Assembly: GCA_041572275.1 (NCBI GenBank)
Contig: JBFFSQ010000003.1
Location: 1 to 37,296, forward strand
Direction of reading: 5' to 3'
Origin: Gammaproteobacteria bacterium
GTDB lineage: Bacteria > Pseudomonadota > Gammaproteobacteria > SZUA-229
DNA: 37,296 bases
Of the stretch, positions 35,380 to 37,296 are shown piece by piece (positions within the stretch are counted from its first letter, which is position 1; every line of letters begins with the position of its first letter). Under the pieces are notes generated by a model. It ran no database searches, had not been told where the DNA came from, and saw nothing but the letters and a program-made list of their open reading frames with translations. The position numbers and the translations under genes were made by a program.

Positions 35380-36992
35380 AAGTAAAACAAATCGTTATTG
35401 GATTGAGCCTGGTGGTATTTGTTCTCACTGTTGGTTTTGGTGGTTGGTGGCTGGCCCAGCAAAGCCAGTCGCCTGACGTTCAGGAGACAGCCCTAGAGCA
35501 TGCTGAAAAACATCTGGACCCTAATTATGTTTGTCCTATGCATCCGCAGATTGTACGCAATGAACCCTCAACCTGTCCGATTTGTGGCATGGATTTGGTG
35601 GAAGTCAAACAGGATGAGCCGCAAGCAATGAAAGAAAGGGAAATTCTGTACTGGGTTGCACCCATGGACCCAAATTACCGGCGAGATGAGCCGGGTAAAT
35701 CACCGATGGGTATGGATTTGATTCCCGTGTATGACGAAGGTGATGAAGCCGTAGATGATGGACCTGTGGTTAAAGTTTCGCCTGCGGTCGTGAATAATCT
35801 TGGCGTACGTACAGCAGTTGTCGAGCGAGGACGGTTATGGCGCAAAATTGATACCGTGGGTTATGTTGATTTTGATGAATCAAAAGTGAGTCATGTGCAC
35901 CTGCGTACCGATGGCTGGATCGAAAATCTGGTGGTGAAATCTGAAGGTGATCGTGTCAAAAAAGGACAGCGCTTGTTCGATGTGTATTCACCAACGCTGG
36001 TGAATGCCATGGAAGAATATCTGCAGTCATTATCCTCAAATAGTAAGCGACTGATTCGTGCATCAAATGATCGCCTGCTTGCGCTGGGAATTTCCAAGTC
36101 TCAGATTAAGCAGCTGACCAGCTCTGGCAAGGTGCCACAAACCGTCAGTATCTATGCAACACAGGATGGTATTGTTGCCACGCTGAAAGTGCGTGAAGGC
36201 ATGTATGTGAAACCGGCGATGGAAGTGTTAAGTCTGGCTGATTTGTCGCGAGTGTGGTTGCTGGCTGAAGTATTTGAAAGTCAGTCCAACTGGGTGAAGG
36301 TTGGCCAGAGTGCGGACGTCAAATTGTCCTTTGTACCTGGTCGAGAGTGGGAAGGGACAGTGGAATATATTTATCCCCGTCTTGATACCAAAACACGGAC
36401 ATTGAAAGTGCGATTGCAGTTTGATAATCCCGATGAAACTCTAAAGCCGAACATGTTTGCCAGCGTAAGTATTTATGGCGGAGCGAAAAATAATGTTCTC
36501 AATATACCCCGTGAGGCACTTATTCGTACCGGCCAACAGGAACGGGTCATTCTTGATAAAGGCAAAGGTCGTTATGTGCAGCGTAATGTGGTGGCGGGTA
36601 TGGAAACCGGTGACTGGGTAGAAATTGTTGAAGGTTTAGATGAGGGTGAGCAGGTTGTTATATCAGGTCAGTTCCTGATTGATTCTGAAGCCAGTCTAAA
36701 GGCAAGTTTGATGCGCATGAGTGAGCCAGCTAGCAAGCAAGCGGCTGAAACACAACCGAAGATGCCAGTTGCACGAGCGGTCGTTAGAGAGCTTATGCCG
36801 GAGCAGATGAAAGTTAGCCTGGAGCATGATCCAATTCCTGAACTGGGTTGGCCAGCCATGGTAATGGATTTTGAATTACATACCGGTGTATCTGTGGAAG
36901 GGCTGAACATTGGTGATACGGTACAAATAAAGCTGGTGCAAGGTAAAAATGGTTACTTGATTAGCGATATTAAACCGATGATGGATCAGTAG
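35376..36992 (+). CDS. RND periplasmic adaptor (CusB-like) with N-terminal CxxC metal-binding module and C-terminal CusF-like domain
   Basis: 538 aa. CPMHPQIV...CPICGMDL, then PGKSPMGMDLIPVY, then an MFP core. The C-terminal part, ...LGWPAMVMDFEL...GDTVQIKL, resembles CusF. The start overlaps the upstream stop (ATGA). Confidence 0.88.
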   Translation: MKVKQIVIGLSLVVFVLTVGFGGWWLAQQSQSPDVQETALEHAEKHLDPNYVCPMHPQIVRNEPSTCPICGMDLVEVKQDEPQAMKEREILYWVAPMDPNYRRDEPGKSPMGMDLIPVYDEGDEAVDDGPVVKVSPAVVNNLGVRTAVVERGRLWRKIDTVGYVDFDESKVSHVHLRTDGWIENLVVKSEGDRVKKGQRLFDVYSPTLVNAMEEYLQSLSSNSKRLIRASNDRLLALGISKSQIKQLTSSGKVPQTVSIYATQDGIVATLKVREGMYVKPAMEVLSLADLSRVWLLAEVFESQSNWVKVGQSADVKLSFVPGREWEGTVEYIYPRLDTKTRTLKVRLQFDNPDETLKPNMFASVSIYGGAKNNVLNIPREALIRTGQQERVILDKGKGRYVQRNVVAGMETGDWVEIVEGLDEGEQVVISGQFLIDSEASLKASLMRMSEPASKQAAETQPKMPVARAVVRELMPEQMKVSLEHDPIPELGWPAMVMDFELHTGVSVEGLNIGDTVQIKLVQGKNGYLISDIKPMMDQ

Positions 36993-37003
36993 GAGCACCC
37001 AAT

Positions 37004-37296
37004 ATGATTGCAAAAATAATTGACTGGTCGATACAAAATCGGTTCATGGTGTTGTTACTGACCTTTGTGCTTACTGGCTGGGGTGTGTATGCGGTGAAAA
37101 ATACACCGCTGGATGCCATCCCCGATTTGTCGGATGTACAGGTTATTATCAAAACCATTTATCCATGACAGGCGCCACGAGTGGTGGAAGATCAGGTGAC
37201 CTATCCATTGACCACTGCCATGTTATCTGTGCCTAAAGCTACTAATGTGAGAGGTTATTCTTTCTTTGGTGATTCCTATGTCTATGTGATTTTTGA
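37004..37296 (+). pseudogene. cusA: CusA/CzcA-family RND heavy-metal efflux pump, 5' end, interrupted by an in-frame TGA at 37166-37168 (continues off the right edge)
   Basis: AGGAG SD at 36991-36995. The product reads MIAKIIDWSIQNRFMVLLL...[36 protein letters not shown]...GDSYVYVIF. The stop replaces the Gly of the conserved YPGQAP motif, and the same frame stays conserved to the window end. Confidence 0.6.

Noticed and set aside
37166-37168. Selenocysteine or programmed recoding at the cusA TGA
   Set aside because: The position is a conserved Gly in RND pumps, not a redox Cys/Sec site. I see no SECIS-like hairpin immediately downstream. A point mutation or sequencing error is far more parsimonious.
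1-37296. Mobile element, genomic island, CRISPR, tRNA or rRNA content
   Set aside because: I found no transposase, integrase or phage-like ORFs, no long terminal or direct repeats, no regularly spaced repeat array, and no tRNA-like T-arm motifs (GGTTCGAATCC-type) in the intergenic regions. The window looks like core chromosome.

Overview
This is a gene-dense chromosomal window with about 37 credible CDS. I saw no rRNA, tRNA, CRISPR array, transposase or integrase. By inference it comes from a marine gammaproteobacterial chemolithoautotroph: it has a form IAq RuBisCO locus, E. coli-like gshA and ppnN, and a proteobacterial dedicated sortase system. Layout, left to right: (i) 397-5710, a minus-strand redox cluster. 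It encodes a NirB-like flavoprotein/[2Fe-2S]/5-TM fusion, a membrane-anchored 11-haem cytochrome c, a secreted DUF3365 haem-c protein and a globin, with a second paralogous globin upstream. (ii) 6017-13345, cbbR divergent from cbbL-cbbS-(orf110)-cbbQ-cbbO-(orf138). No carboxysome genes are present. (iii) 13433-15553, a DUF3365(haem c)-GGDEF-EAL signalling protein. (iv) 15579-22726, a HIT protein, three small orphan genes, gshA, a C_GCAxxG_C_C protein, an RluA-type pseudouridine synthase and a large unknown protein ending in an HprK-like P-loop. (v) 22975-29460, the Pds sortase system: pdsO, pdsS, pdsR, a VIT-vWA target and a sortase. (vi) 29457-32775, an SDR, a cupin, an HNH nuclease and ppnN. 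(vii) 33624-37296, a Cus-type heavy-metal efflux operon whose cusA 5' end carries an in-frame TGA. The best candidate for something undescribed is the redox operon at 397-4873. Its first protein looks like a NOX/ferric-reductase-style transmembrane electron shuttle built from a different flavoprotein class and wired to periplasmic multihaem proteins. The operon is preceded by a strong intrinsic terminator only 10 nt from its start codon. All functional calls rest on motif recognition by eye; no database search was run.
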